Shown here one piece after another: positions 50,429-61,166 of a stretch of 64,000 nt of DNA (positions are counted from its first letter, which is position 1; each line of letters starts with the position of its first letter). A program made the translations under genes and the position numbers. Source of the DNA: an uncultured Acidobacteriota bacterium (GTDB lineage Bacteria; Acidobacteriota; Vicinamibacteria; Vicinamibacterales; JAKQTR01). The stretch is taken from assembly GCA_963813325.1 (NCBI GenBank), contig CAWEYM010000001.1, forward strand, positions 234,523 through 298,522. Reading direction: 5' to 3'. The notes beneath the pieces were generated by a model. That model searched no databases, was not told the DNA's origin, and saw only the letters and a list, made by a program, of their open reading frames with translations.

Positions 50429-52195
50429 CTACACCCCCGCCAGCTCCTCTTCCAGCAACTGCCGCCGGTGCAGCTCCGCGTACCGGCCGTTGACCGCCAG
50501 CAGCTCCTCGTGGGTGCCGCGCTCGACGATGCGCCCGGTCTCGAGCACGACGATCTGGTCCGCGTCGCGCACGGTGGAGACCCGGTGCGACACGATGATC
50601 GACGTCCGCTGCCGCATCACGCCGCGCAGGCGCGAGAGGATTTCCTCCTCGGTGTAGGTGTCCACCGCCGAGAGCGCGTCGTCCAGCACGAGCACGCGCG
50701 GATCGGTCATCACGGCGCGCGCAATGGCCGTCCGCTGCTTCTGGCCGCCCGACAGCGTGATCCCGCGCTCGCCCAGCACCGTGTCGTACCCGTGCGGGAA
50801 GTCGGTCACGTCCTTGTCGAGGCGCGCGACCTCCGCGGCCCGCCGCACCGCGTCGATGTCCGGAGGCGCGCCGTTCCCGCCTCCCGCGCCGAACGCCACG
50901 TTCTCCGCGATGGTGTCGGAGAACAGGAACGGCTCCTGCGGGACGAACCCGATGGAGCCGCGCAGCGTCGCCAGGGGCATCTCGCGGACATCCACCCCGT
51001 CGAGGAACACGGTGCCCGGCGGCGGGTCGTAGAGCCGGGGCAGCAGGTTGATCAGCGTCGACTTGCCGGATCCGGTGTGGCCGACAATGGCCAGTGTCTG
51101 CCCGGGTTCGACCCGGATCGACACGTCGGACAGCACCTCCCGGCCGTCGTAGGCGAACGACAGGCGGCGGTACTCGATCGCGCCGCGGATCGCGCCGGGC
51201 GGGAAGGCGGACGCCGGGCGCGGCCCGTCCACGATGGCGGGCTCGGCGGCCATCACGTCCAGCATGCGCTTCCACGACGCCGTCCCGCGCTGGAGCATGT
51301 TGGTGACCCACCCGAACGCGATCATGGGCCAGCTCAGCATCGTCAGGTACGCGTTGAAGGCGACGAACTCCCCGACGGTCATGCGGCCGCGGATGACCTC
51401 CCGGCTGCCGAGCCACAGGACGAGCAGGCCGCCCAGCCCGAGGAACAGCCCCATGCTCGGGAAGAACATCCCCTGCAGCCGGATCAGCACGGCGTTGCGC
51501 GCCACGTACTCGCGGTTGGCCGCCTCGAAGCGATCCAGCTCGGCCGCCTCCTGCCGGTAGGCGCGCACCACGCGCACGCCCGACAGGGCCTCCTGCACCA
51601 CCGCGCTCAGGTCCGACAGCTGCGCCTGGATGCGCTCGAACCGGCGGTGGATCGCGCCCCCGAAGTACTTCACCGAGATCGACACGAACGGCATCGGGAT
51701 GAGGGCGACCAGCGTCAGCCAGGCGTCCAGCCTGAGCATCAACGCCAGCGCCACGACGAAGATGATGATGGTGCTGGCCGAGTACATCACCGCCGGCCCG
51801 ATCATCATGCGGACCGCGTTGAGGTCGTTGGTCGCCCGCGACATCAGGTCGCCGGTGCGGTGGGCGTGGAAGTACCCCGGCGGCAACAGCTCCAGCCGGG
51901 CGAAAAAGTCGTTCCGCAGGTCGTACTCGAGGTGGCGCGAGAGCCCGACGAGGATCCGCCGCATGAGGAAGCGGAACACGCCGCCGACGACCGCGATGCC
52001 GAGCAGCAGGCCGGCGTAGCGCAGCAGCTTGGTGCCCGTGACCGCGCCCGCCAGATCGTCCACCGCGATCTTCAGGACCCACGGCGCCATCAGGCCGACG
52101 GCCGTCGACACGAAGACGCAGGCCAGCCCGAGGAGAAAGCCGCCCCGGTAGCGAAGGACGTACTTCAGCAAGCGACGCGCCGGCGACACCGTCAT
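50429..52195 (-). CDS. ABC exporter, fused permease/ATPase half-transporter (MdlA-like)
   Basis: 588 aa. Walker A is GHTGSGKST, the signature is LSGGQKQR and Walker B is VLVLDDALS. Confidence 0.9.
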   Translation of the reverse strand: MTVSPARRLLKYVLRYRGGFLLGLACVFVSTAVGLMAPWVLKIAVDDLAGAVTGTKLLRYAGLLLGIAVVGGVFRFLMRRILVGLSRHLEYDLRNDFFARLELLPPGYFHAHRTGDLMSRATNDLNAVRMMIGPAVMYSASTIIIFVVALALMLRLDAWLTLVALIPMPFVSISVKYFGGAIHRRFERIQAQLSDLSAVVQEALSGVRVVRAYRQEAAELDRFEAANREYVARNAVLIRLQGMFFPSMGLFLGLGGLLVLWLGSREVIRGRMTVGEFVAFNAYLTMLSWPMIAFGWVTNMLQRGTASWKRMLDVMAAEPAIVDGPRPASAFPPGAIRGAIEYRRLSFAYDGREVLSDVSIRVEPGQTLAIVGHTGSGKSTLINLLPRLYDPPPGTVFLDGVDVREMPLATLRGSIGFVPQEPFLFSDTIAENVAFGAGGGNGAPPDIDAVRRAAEVARLDKDVTDFPHGYDTVLGERGITLSGGQKQRTAIARAVMTDPRVLVLDDALSAVDTYTEEEILSRLRGVMRQRTSIIVSHRVSTVRDADQIVVLETGRIVERGTHEELLAVNGRYAELHRRQLLEEELAGV

Positions 52196-52311
52196 GGCAG
52201 GCTACCAGCATACAGGACCGGAATCGGATTCGCGAAATCCCGCACGGCGCGGGCCGCCGTCTCGGCTACAATGGCCCGGATTCGCGTCCCCGTTCACCGA
52301 TAGAGAGGCCT

Positions 52312-54114
52312 ATGCACGCACTCTACGTCCTGATCCCCGTGCTCTGCATCCTGGTGATCGCGTATCGCTACTACAGCGCATTCATCGCCGCCAGGCTGCT
52401 CGTCCTGGACGACTCGCGGCCGACCCCGGCCCACACGAACTACGACGGGCACAACTACTACCCCACGTCGAAGTGGGTCCTCTTCGGCCACCACTTCGCC
52501 GCCATCGCCGGCGCCGGCCCGCTGATCGGGCCGGTCCTCGCGGCGCAGTTCGGCTACGCCCCGGGCCTGATCTGGCTCGTCGCCGGCGTCACGCTGGCGG
52601 GCGCGGTCCATGACCTGATCATCCTCTGGGCGTCCACGCGCCGCGGCGGCCGGTCGCTCGCCGACATCGCCCGCACCGAGATCGGCCCCGTCGCGGGCGT
52701 CACCGCCGCGATCGCGATCCTGTTCATCGTCATCATCGCCCTCGCCGGCCTCGGCCTCGTCGTCGTGAACGCGCTCAGCGAAAGCGCCTGGGGCACGTTC
52801 ACGATCGGGACCACCATCCCGCTGGCGATCTTCATGGGCCTCTACATGTACCGCTTCCGCAAGGGGCACATCGTCGAGGCCACCGTCATCGGCGTCATCG
52901 GCCTGCTCCTGGCGGTCATCCTCGGCAAGCCGCTGGCGGCGACGGCCTTCGGCCAGGCGTTCCTGCTGACGAAGCACCAGTTGATCGTCGCGATGGCCAT
53001 CTACGGGTTCTTCGCCTCGGTGCTGCCCGTGTGGCTGCTGCTGGCGCCCCGCGACTACCTGAGTTCGTTCATGAAGATCGGGACCATCGCGCTGCTCGTG
53101 TTCGGCGTGATCGTGGTCAACCCCGAACTCAAGATGCCCGCCCTGACGAGGTTCGCCTCCGGCGGCGGGCCGATCATCCCGGGCCCGCTGTTCCCGTTCG
53201 TCTTCATCACGATCGCGTGTGGCGCCATCTCCGGCTTCCACGCGCTGATCGGGTCCGGCACCACGCCGAAGATGATCGACAAGGAGTCGGACATCCGGCC
53301 GATCGGCTACGGCGCCATGCTCATCGAGGGGCTGGTCGGCGTCGTCGCGCTCATCGCGGCGAGCGCGCTCTCCCCGGGCGACTACTTCGCCATCAACACG
53401 CCGCCGGCCGTGTTCCAGACGCTCGGGATTCCGATCGAGAACCTCCACGCGCTCGAGGCGGAAGTCGGGGAACTGGTCGCGGGCCGCACCGGCGGCGCCG
53501 TGTCGCTCGCCGTCGGAATGGCGCAGGTCTTCGGCAAGCTCCCGGGCATGACCGGCCTGATGGACTACTGGTACCACTTCGCCATCATGTTCGAGGCCCT
53601 ATTCATCCTGACGACGATCGACGCGGGGACGCGGGTCGCGCGCTTCCTCGTGCAGGAGTTCGGCGGCCGCTTCTACGAGCCGTTCGGACGCCAGAGCTGG
53701 ATGCCCGGCACGATCGTGTCCACCGCGCTGGTCGTCGTGAGCTGGGCCTACTTCATCTGGACCGGCGGCATCGACACCATCTGGCCGATGTTCGGCATCG
53801 CCAACCAGCTGCTTGCGGTCGTGGCGCTGGCGATCGGCACGACGATCCTGGTCAACCTCGGCCGCGCGAAGTACGCATGGGTCACCGCGGTGCCCATGGC
53901 GTTCCTCGCCACGACGACGCTGACGGGCGGGTTCATGAGCGTGCGTGACAATTTCTGGCCCAAGGCTGTCGGCCCGAACCCCGCCCTGCACGTCCAGGGC
54001 TACATCAACTCGGTCCTGACCGTCACGATGATGGTCTGTGTCCTGATCATCCTGGGGGCGGCGTTCCGCCGCTGGTTCGGCAAGCGGGCCGCGCCGGCGG
54101 CGGCGGCCGGCTGA
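52312..54114 (+). CDS. cstA: Carbon starvation protein A (peptide/pyruvate transporter family)
   Basis: 600 aa. The blocks [13 protein letters not shown] and [26 protein letters not shown] are characteristic. Confidence 0.9.
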   Translation: MHALYVLIPVLCILVIAYRYYSAFIAARLLVLDDSRPTPAHTNYDGHNYYPTSKWVLFGHHFAAIAGAGPLIGPVLAAQFGYAPGLIWLVAGVTLAGAVHDLIILWASTRRGGRSLADIARTEIGPVAGVTAAIAILFIVIIALAGLGLVVVNALSESAWGTFTIGTTIPLAIFMGLYMYRFRKGHIVEATVIGVIGLLLAVILGKPLAATAFGQAFLLTKHQLIVAMAIYGFFASVLPVWLLLAPRDYLSSFMKIGTIALLVFGVIVVNPELKMPALTRFASGGGPIIPGPLFPFVFITIACGAISGFHALIGSGTTPKMIDKESDIRPIGYGAMLIEGLVGVVALIAASALSPGDYFAINTPPAVFQTLGIPIENLHALEAEVGELVAGRTGGAVSLAVGMAQVFGKLPGMTGLMDYWYHFAIMFEALFILTTIDAGTRVARFLVQEFGGRFYEPFGRQSWMPGTIVSTALVVVSWAYFIWTGGIDTIWPMFGIANQLLAVVALAIGTTILVNLGRAKYAWVTAVPMAFLATTTLTGGFMSVRDNFWPKAVGPNPALHVQGYINSVLTVTMMVCVLIILGAAFRRWFGKRAAPAAAAG

Positions 54115-54370
54115 CGTGGTCCGCCACGTGCTCGCGGGATTGTGGCGCTTCCTGCGGCTGCTCTACCGGCAGCCCCCGGGGTGTTGAGGCATCGACGCGC
54201 GGTCCCTGGAACGGGACCGGAACCGCTCCTGACCACCCCGGGGCGCCCCGGCGCGGGACGCTGCCGGCGATGACCGGCGGCAGCCTCTTGTGCTATCCTG
54301 CGGGTGCCTCTCCCAGCGGGCACCCGGGCATCGCTTCGTACACGCAACATCTGGAACCGGGGACTCAATC

Positions 54371-55195
54371 ATGAAAGCAGTCATGCGCGTGCTCACGGTT
54401 GCGGTCTGCCTGCTGGGGCTGATCGCTCTTGCGTCGCCTGCGTCCGCCCAGTACCGCCCGCTCAGTACCCAGAGCCCGTCAACGGGCGAGACGTATCACG
54501 TCGAGGCCGGCTTCCTGATCACCAACCCGCCGCTCGACGCGCAGTTCTCCAGCGAGAACTTCGGCATTCCCGGGACGCTGATCGACTTCTCCTCCGACTT
54601 CGGCATGGCCGACAAGGCGCTCTACGGCTTCCGCGTGGTCCTCAGCCCGTCCCTGAAGCAGAAGTTCCGCATCGCGTACCTGCCGCAGAGCTACGAGGGC
54701 GACCAGCCGCTGCCGCGCAACATCGTGTTCAACGGGATCCTGTTCCCGGCCGGCATCCCCGTGAAGAGCACGTACCAGTGGAAGGGCTGGCGGTTCGGCT
54801 ACGAGTACGATTTCGTGTCGAACGACCGCGGGTTCTTCGGGGTCGTGCTGGAAGCGAAATACACCGACGTCCAGGTCCAGCTTGACAGCATCGTCGGCAC
54901 CGAGTACGCGCGCGCCCGGGCGCCCATCCCGGCGATCGGCGGGATCGGCCGCGTCTACATCATCCCGGCGCTGTCGGTCACCGCCGAGCTGACCGGGTTC
55001 AAGCTGCCCGACAGCGTCGGCAAGGACTACTACGCGAAGTACATCGAGTTCGACATCTACGGGACGTACTACATCATCAAGAACCTCGGGGTGATGGCCG
55101 GTTACCGGTCGAACGACGTGGAATTCCGCGCGACCGGCGATCTGGGCCAGGCCAAGACGAAGGGGCTCTACTTCGGCGGCGTCGCCCGGTTCTGA
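54371..55195 (+). CDS. Outer-membrane beta-barrel protein (hypothetical)
   Basis: 274 aa from ATG 54371 with signal peptide MKAVMRVLTVAVCLLGLIALASPASAQ. It shows alternating strands and a terminal ...GGVARF. Confidence 0.65.
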   Translation: MKAVMRVLTVAVCLLGLIALASPASAQYRPLSTQSPSTGETYHVEAGFLITNPPLDAQFSSENFGIPGTLIDFSSDFGMADKALYGFRVVLSPSLKQKFRIAYLPQSYEGDQPLPRNIVFNGILFPAGIPVKSTYQWKGWRFGYEYDFVSNDRGFFGVVLEAKYTDVQVQLDSIVGTEYARARAPIPAIGGIGRVYIIPALSVTAELTGFKLPDSVGKDYYAKYIEFDIYGTYYIIKNLGVMAGYRSNDVEFRATGDLGQAKTKGLYFGGVARF

Positions 55196-57879
55196 ACGGC
55201 AGGCTGTCCCGGTTCCACCCACACGCCGAGATACCGCGTGTCGGTGCTGCGGGCGTTGCTATCGGCGGGCCGGAATCCCGTTCCGGCCCGAACGGCGAGC
55301 GGCGTCGCGTGCCCATCAGGTTGACGTGGCACCAGCACCTCGCGTGTCCCGCCGGGCGCCAGGTCCAGTTCTTCCGCCCACGTTCCCGACGTGAGCGTCA
55401 CCCGCGTCGCCACGGGCCCGGCCCGCAGCAGCAGGCGCTGCTCCGCGCCCGGGGCGTCCGACACGATGAACAGCCCCGCGCCCGACTCGGCCCCGACCCA
55501 CAAACCCGACGGCTCCAGGTACACGTCGTCGCCCAGCCCGTAGACGACGGCATCACCGTAGCGCCGCGCCGCGGTGGCGCGGGTGAAGCCGTTCACCGGG
55601 GTGCCGCGGCGGACATCGACCGGCTCGAGCCACAACGCGCGCAGCGCCTGGGGAGGTACGATCTGCCCGCGGACGGCGATCGAGTGGACTTCGACCGGAA
55701 GGTCGAGATCGATCGCCGCTCGTCCAGCGGCGAGGTGGCGCAGAGCCCATGTCGTGACCGGCGAATCCGTGCGGCCGATGCTCACGCCGATGTCCACGGC
55801 CGCATCGCGTTCGCGGTTGTCGAGCCGCAGCCTGTAGTGTCCGGCCGGCACGTTCGGAAACCACAGCAGCGTTCCGGCGGGCACCCCGGTCGCCGCGAGC
55901 CTCAACAGGCCCGGCACCCGTGACGGGGTCTCGAACCTGAACGGGTCGTAGGCCACGGCCACCGGGTGGCGCCCGGCGGCAGCCGCGCGCAGCAACTGCA
56001 GCTGCGCCGGCGCCGGCGCGAGTCCTGGCGAGCCCTCGACGTGCCACGACCACGCCATCGAGAGCGAGACCGCGATCGCCAGCGCCGCCGGCACCAGCAG
56101 CGCGACGACGCCGTTCGAGAGGCGGGCGCGGCGCTCGAGCGTCCGGCTCGCCAGCCAGGCGCCGGCCGGCAGCGCGAGCCAGATCGCGATCTCCGCGAAC
56201 GCCACGGGCAGCTGGTTCCGGAACAGGCTGGGCAATCCGCGCGCGGCGCTGACGATGGGGCTGGCCCAGAGCAGCCAGAGGGCGAAGCCGTCGCGGACGT
56301 TGTAGGCGAGGCGCCCCCGGTCCACCACGACGAACACCGCGGCGAGGGCCACGCTGCCGGCCAGCAGCAGGAGATTGAGTGTACGAGTCGCGCGCGTCCG
56401 CGTGGCGGTCCAGGCCGCGGCGATCGGCAACGCCAGCGCGAGGAGAATCGGGCCGAGGAACCGCGCGGGTGAACTGTGGCCGCCCCACCACATCTGGTAC
56501 GACGCCGTGACCAGGGTGTAGGGCACGATGACGAGCGCGAGTTCGGCCGCGAGGCGCGGGCGTCGGCGGGCGAGCGGAACGAAGCCGGCGATCGCCAGCG
56601 CGTATACCGGGGCGTTGGCGATCAGACCGAACTGCTGGTCGAACAGCAGGCCTGTCAGGCCCCTGGCGATCTGCGCCGCCGCCATCTGGGTGTAGTGCCC
56701 GTACGCGCTCGACGGATTGACGCTGCCGTACAGCAGGTAGAAGTAGCCGAACCAGGCGACCGCGCTTCCGACAGGCGCGGCGAGGAACGCGACCGCCGCC
56801 GCGAGCGATCGGCCGCGGCCCGCGATCCGCGCGAGCACGGCCAGGCCGAGCGATGCCGCCAGCACGGCGTAGCGCGGGTGCAGCCACGGCAGCGCCGCGC
56901 AGGCCGCGCCGAGCCCGGCCCACCACCAGAGCGGGCGCGCGCGCGCGGCTCCCCCGCCCGGAGCCGCCGCGCCCGCGGCGACGGGGCTGTCGAGGGTCAC
57001 GAGCGCCGCGACCGCGGTCATCACGAGCGCGGCGCCGACGCCGTCCGGATACACGGTGAACGCGAGAAACAGGAACGGCGTCGTCAGCGCGACCGCGGCC
57101 CAGGCGAACCAGGCCGCTCCAGGGCTCCCCGTGACCGACCGCGCGGCGCGCCAGGCCAGCGTCGTCGCCGCGGCGGCGATGAGGATCAGGAAGATCTTGA
57201 CCGCGGGATAGCCGCCGAGCGCAAACGCCGGCAGCACGAGCACCGCGAGACCTGGCGCGTGGATCGAGTAGATCTGGCCGTTGGTGCCGCGGCGCAGGTA
57301 GTCGGGGCGCAGATCGCCGCTGAAGTAGGTCCGGTAGTCGCGTTGTCGATGGTTGTTCTCGATCTGAAGATCCCCGTCGCGCAGCAGGCTTTGCGCGATG
57401 ATCAGGTAGTGCGGCTCGTCGCCGCCCGGGAGCATCGGCGCGACCCGCCACCCCGCTGCCGCGAACACGATCACCGCGGCCAGAAAAGGGGCCAGGCCCC
57501 TGTTCCCGGCGCGCCATGCCGTCTGGGTGTGTGTCGATCCGGCCGCCACGCCGATGATCGCGGCGGCGAGGACGAACCAGCCCGCGGGCCCCGCCCACAC
57601 GAGGACCACGTCGGGCAGCGGCGCGGGCAGCCACGGCAGGACCACCACGCCGGCCAAGAACAGCGGGAGGGATCGCTGGGTCGAGAGGCGCGCCCCGATG
57701 GCGAGCGCCATCGCCCCGAGCACGCAGGCGGCCAGCAGCCACCAGGGCGGCAGCAGGCCGACGCGCGCCGCGCGCGGCCCGGCTCCCGTGACCGCGAGGG
57801 CGCCCATCGAGAGCCAGCACGCAGCGCCTGCGCACCCGGCTGCGAGCGCGGCCACCGCTGAAGGCCGGTCAGGACGCAT
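55168..57879 (-). CDS. Large polytopic membrane protein, GT-C-like putative glycosyltransferase with a C-terminal periplasmic domain
   Basis: 903-aa ORF with more than 12 hydrophobic segments. An early loop contains GGDEPHYLIIAQSLLRDGD (acidic DE motif). The start is uncertain because only 9 bp separate it from the divergent gene. Confidence 0.6.
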   Translation of the reverse strand: MRPDRPSAVAALAAGCAGAACWLSMGALAVTGAGPRAARVGLLPPWWLLAACVLGAMALAIGARLSTQRSLPLFLAGVVVLPWLPAPLPDVVLVWAGPAGWFVLAAAIIGVAAGSTHTQTAWRAGNRGLAPFLAAVIVFAAAGWRVAPMLPGGDEPHYLIIAQSLLRDGDLQIENNHRQRDYRTYFSGDLRPDYLRRGTNGQIYSIHAPGLAVLVLPAFALGGYPAVKIFLILIAAAATTLAWRAARSVTGSPGAAWFAWAAVALTTPFLFLAFTVYPDGVGAALVMTAVAALVTLDSPVAAGAAAPGGGAARARPLWWWAGLGAACAALPWLHPRYAVLAASLGLAVLARIAGRGRSLAAAVAFLAAPVGSAVAWFGYFYLLYGSVNPSSAYGHYTQMAAAQIARGLTGLLFDQQFGLIANAPVYALAIAGFVPLARRRPRLAAELALVIVPYTLVTASYQMWWGGHSSPARFLGPILLALALPIAAAWTATRTRATRTLNLLLLAGSVALAAVFVVVDRGRLAYNVRDGFALWLLWASPIVSAARGLPSLFRNQLPVAFAEIAIWLALPAGAWLASRTLERRARLSNGVVALLVPAALAIAVSLSMAWSWHVEGSPGLAPAPAQLQLLRAAAAGRHPVAVAYDPFRFETPSRVPGLLRLAATGVPAGTLLWFPNVPAGHYRLRLDNRERDAAVDIGVSIGRTDSPVTTWALRHLAAGRAAIDLDLPVEVHSIAVRGQIVPPQALRALWLEPVDVRRGTPVNGFTRATAARRYGDAVVYGLGDDVYLEPSGLWVGAESGAGLFIVSDAPGAEQRLLLRAGPVATRVTLTSGTWAEELDLAPGGTREVLVPRQPDGHATPLAVRAGTGFRPADSNARSTDTRYLGVWVEPGQPAVQNRATPPK

Positions 57880-57888
57880 CGGGCGTTC

Positions 57889-59559
57889 ATGCTACCATAC
57901 CGCGCGATGCGGGCCCGCGCCCTCGAAGCCCTTCTCGTCGTCTTCCTCGCCTCCGCCATCACCGTCATCATGACGTGGCCGCTGGCCTGGAAGGCCGGCC
58001 ACGCGGGGCGCATCGACACGAACGACGGGCGCTTCTCCATCTGGAACGTGGCGTGGGTGGCGCGGGCGCTGGTCGAGCAGCCGTCCGGCCTGTACGACGC
58101 GAACATCTTCTACCCCCACCGCAACACGCTGGCCTACTCGGAAGCGAACCTCGTGGCCGGCGCGATGGCCGCGCCGGTGTGGGCGGCCACGCGCAACCCG
58201 TACCTCTCGCACAACGTCGTCGTGCTGCTCGGATTCGTGCTGGCACAGGTCGGCACGTACCTCCTCGTGCGCCGCCTGACGGGCCGGCGCGGCGCGGCCG
58301 CGGTATCGGCCGTGGCATTTGCCTTCTGCCCGTTCGTCTTCTCGCACATCCCGCACATCCAGTTGCTGATGACGGCAGGTCTGCCGTTCTCGCTGCTGGC
58401 GCTCCACCGCTTCATTGAGCGCCGGAGCGTGGGGCGTGCCGTGACGCTCGGCGTGACGCTCGCCGTCACCGCGCTGGCGTGCGGCTACTACGGCATCTTC
58501 GCGGGCCTGATCGCGGGTGCCGGCATCCTCTTCTATGCGGTCTCGCGAGGCCTGTGGCGCGAGCCGCGCTACTGGATCGGCGGGCTCGGTGCCGGGCTGC
58601 TCTCGATCGCGCTCGTCACGCCGTTCTTCCTGCCCTACGTGGACCTGCAGAGCGGCAGCGGCTTCGCGCGCTCGCTGGACGATGCGCGCCGGTGGTCGGC
58701 GGATTGGGCGTCCTACGCCGCGTCGGCCGCGTGGGCCCACCGGTGGATCCACCCGTTGATCGGCAGATGGAGCGAGGTGCTCTACCCGGGCACCATCGCG
58801 GTCGTCTTCGGGCTGGCCGGCCTGGTCATCGGGCTGTCGTCTCCGGCGCCCGCGCCCGGGGGGCGCGGCCGCGACGACGTCGTGTTCTACGGCGGCCTTG
58901 CGGGCCTCGCGCTGTGGGCCTCGTTCGGCCCGAAAGCGGGGCTCTACGCCGTGCTGCACGTGACCATCCCGCTGTTCGCGTGGCTCCGCGCCCCTTCGAG
59001 GATGGGTCTGGTGGTGACCCTCGCACTGTGCGTGCTGGCGGGGTTCGCGATCACGCGGCTGATCGACAGGATGCGCCGGGCACCGTGGCTCGCGGCGGGT
59101 CTCGTGATCCTGACGATGGCCGACCTGGCGGTCGTGCCGCTGTTCATGGTGGAGGCGCGGCCCCTGCCGGAGGCGTACGCGACGCTGGCCCGGTGGCCCT
59201 ACGCACCGGTCGCGGAGTTCCCGTTCTTCTACCGGCGCATCGACTTCCCGCGCCACGCCGAGTACATGCTGCCGTCCACGTTCCACTGGCGGCCGCTCAT
59301 CAACGGCTACAGCGACTACATCCCGCCCGACTTTCGTGAGATGGTGATCCCGGTCAGCTCGTTCCCGAACCCGGAGTCGTTCAAGATCCTCCAGCAGCAC
59401 CGCGTCCGCTACGTGCTGTTCCATATCGACCTGTACGCGCGGAGCGCCTGGCGCGACGTCAGCCAGCGGATCGAGCGGTACAACGAGTATCTCAGGCCTA
59501 TTCGCACCGAAGGTTCCGTGTGGCTCTACGAGATCGTCGCCTGGCCGCCGCAAGGCTAG
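57889..59559 (+). CDS. Polytopic membrane protein, GT-C-like (paralogue 1 of a tandem pair)
   Basis: 556 aa. The first loop is GRIDTNDGRF (DxxD). Conserved blocks are ANIFYP and HWRPLINGYS. It aligns along its full length with the next gene. Confidence 0.6.
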   Translation: MLPYRAMRARALEALLVVFLASAITVIMTWPLAWKAGHAGRIDTNDGRFSIWNVAWVARALVEQPSGLYDANIFYPHRNTLAYSEANLVAGAMAAPVWAATRNPYLSHNVVVLLGFVLAQVGTYLLVRRLTGRRGAAAVSAVAFAFCPFVFSHIPHIQLLMTAGLPFSLLALHRFIERRSVGRAVTLGVTLAVTALACGYYGIFAGLIAGAGILFYAVSRGLWREPRYWIGGLGAGLLSIALVTPFFLPYVDLQSGSGFARSLDDARRWSADWASYAASAAWAHRWIHPLIGRWSEVLYPGTIAVVFGLAGLVIGLSSPAPAPGGRGRDDVVFYGGLAGLALWASFGPKAGLYAVLHVTIPLFAWLRAPSRMGLVVTLALCVLAGFAITRLIDRMRRAPWLAAGLVILTMADLAVVPLFMVEARPLPEAYATLARWPYAPVAEFPFFYRRIDFPRHAEYMLPSTFHWRPLINGYSDYIPPDFREMVIPVSSFPNPESFKILQQHRVRYVLFHIDLYARSAWRDVSQRIERYNEYLRPIRTEGSVWLYEIVAWPPQG

Positions 59560-61139
59560 CCGTCTGCGTCGCGCTCGCGATCGCGCACACGTGGCCGCTG
59601 GCCACCGCGCCGGGCCGCCTGTCGCGGCACGACAACGCGGACACCATGCTGAACGAGTGGATCGTGGCGTGGGTGGCCCACGAGGCCCCGCGCGATCCCC
59701 TGCACCTGTTCGACGCCAACATCTTCTACCCCGAGCGCCGCACGCTGGCCTTCTCGGAGCACCTGTTCGTGCCGGCGATGATGGCCGCGCCGCTGCGCTG
59801 GGCGGGCGCCTCGCCCGTGACCGCGTACAACCTGCTCGTGTTGGCCGGCCTGGCGTTGTCGGCCTGGGCGATGTGGACCGTCGTCTGGAGGTGGACTGGA
59901 AGCGAGGCGGCCGGCGCGATCGCCGGGTCGCTGCTGGCCTTCAACGCGCATACCCTCACGCGGCTGCCCCACGTCCAGGCCCTGCACCTGGAGTTCCTGC
60001 CGTTCGCCTTGCTGCTCCTCGATCGGCTGCTCGCGGCGCCGCGTCTGCGAACCGCGATCGGCCTCGCGCTGGTCGCCGCCCTCGAGGCCCTGACGTCCAA
60101 CTACCTGCTCGTGTTCACGGCCCTGGTGCTGGCCGTGTCGACGCTGGTGCGGCCCGAGGACTGGCTGCGACGCGATCGCGTCCGCACGCCGATCTACCTG
60201 GGGGTGGCCGCGGTCGGCTTCGGCGCGCTCGTCGCACCTTTCTTGTGGCCGTACTACCTGGCGCAGCAGGAACAGGGCCTCACCCGTTCGCTGGACGAGG
60301 TGGCCCGGTACTCGTCGACGTGGCGCGACTACGTGGCGACCGCGGGGCGCATCCATTTCGCGGCCTGGAGTCACCGGTTCCTGGATGGCGCGACGGCCCT
60401 GTTTCCCGGCGTCGTCGCCATCCTGCTGGCGGCCGTGTCGTGTGCCGGCTGGCGGTGCGTGAAGGACCCGCGCTCGAGGATGTGCCTGGCGTTCGGCCTG
60501 ACGGGCCTGGTGCTGTCGTTTGGCCCGGCCGTGCCCGGGTATGCCTGGCTCTACAGCACCGTTCCGCTGCTGCAGGGCGTGCGTGGCGCCGCGCGCTTCG
60601 GGTTCCTGCTGCTCGTCGCCATCGCCGTCCTGGCCGGCTTCGGCCTGGCGCGGCTGCGGGAGCAATGGCAGGCCCGGCGCTGGTGGCCGGCGCTCGCCGT
60701 CGGCCTGGTGGTCGTCGCGAATCTCGAAGCGCTGCGCGCCCCGATTTCCTATCGCCCGTTCGAGGGCATCCCTGGCGTCTACCGGCTGATCGCGGACGAC
60801 CCGCGCGCGATCGTCGCCGAGTTCCCGTTCTACTCGCCGCTCGCCATCTTCCGCAACGCGCCGTACGTGCTGAATTCGACCGCGCACTGGCGGCCGATCG
60901 TGAACGGCTATAGCGGGTTCATGCCGGAAAGCTACGCCCGCCACGCCGAGGTGTTGCAGGGCTTCCCGGACGGCCCGTCGCGCGACATGCTGCGGTCGCT
61001 GGGCGTCACGCATGTCGTCGTGCACGCGGGCGCGTTCGGGGACCGGGCGGCCGAGGTCCGCGCCGTCGTCGACGCCGCCCCCTGGCTGCGGCTGGTGGCG
61101 ACGGAGGGGGACGTGCGGATCTACCGGACGGACTACTGA
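59520..61139 (+). CDS. Polytopic membrane protein, GT-C-like (paralogue 2 of a tandem pair)
   Basis: 539 aa. The GTG start overlaps the previous gene by 40 nt. Blocks are RHDNADTML (DxxD), ANIFYP and HWRPIVNGYS. Confidence 0.6.
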   Translation: MALRDRRLAAARLAVCVALAIAHTWPLATAPGRLSRHDNADTMLNEWIVAWVAHEAPRDPLHLFDANIFYPERRTLAFSEHLFVPAMMAAPLRWAGASPVTAYNLLVLAGLALSAWAMWTVVWRWTGSEAAGAIAGSLLAFNAHTLTRLPHVQALHLEFLPFALLLLDRLLAAPRLRTAIGLALVAALEALTSNYLLVFTALVLAVSTLVRPEDWLRRDRVRTPIYLGVAAVGFGALVAPFLWPYYLAQQEQGLTRSLDEVARYSSTWRDYVATAGRIHFAAWSHRFLDGATALFPGVVAILLAAVSCAGWRCVKDPRSRMCLAFGLTGLVLSFGPAVPGYAWLYSTVPLLQGVRGAARFGFLLLVAIAVLAGFGLARLREQWQARRWWPALAVGLVVVANLEALRAPISYRPFEGIPGVYRLIADDPRAIVAEFPFYSPLAIFRNAPYVLNSTAHWRPIVNGYSGFMPESYARHAEVLQGFPDGPSRDMLRSLGVTHVVVHAGAFGDRAAEVRAVVDAAPWLRLVATEGDVRIYRTDY

Positions 61140-61166
61140 CGGGGACGAGGGGCCACGCTGAGCACA

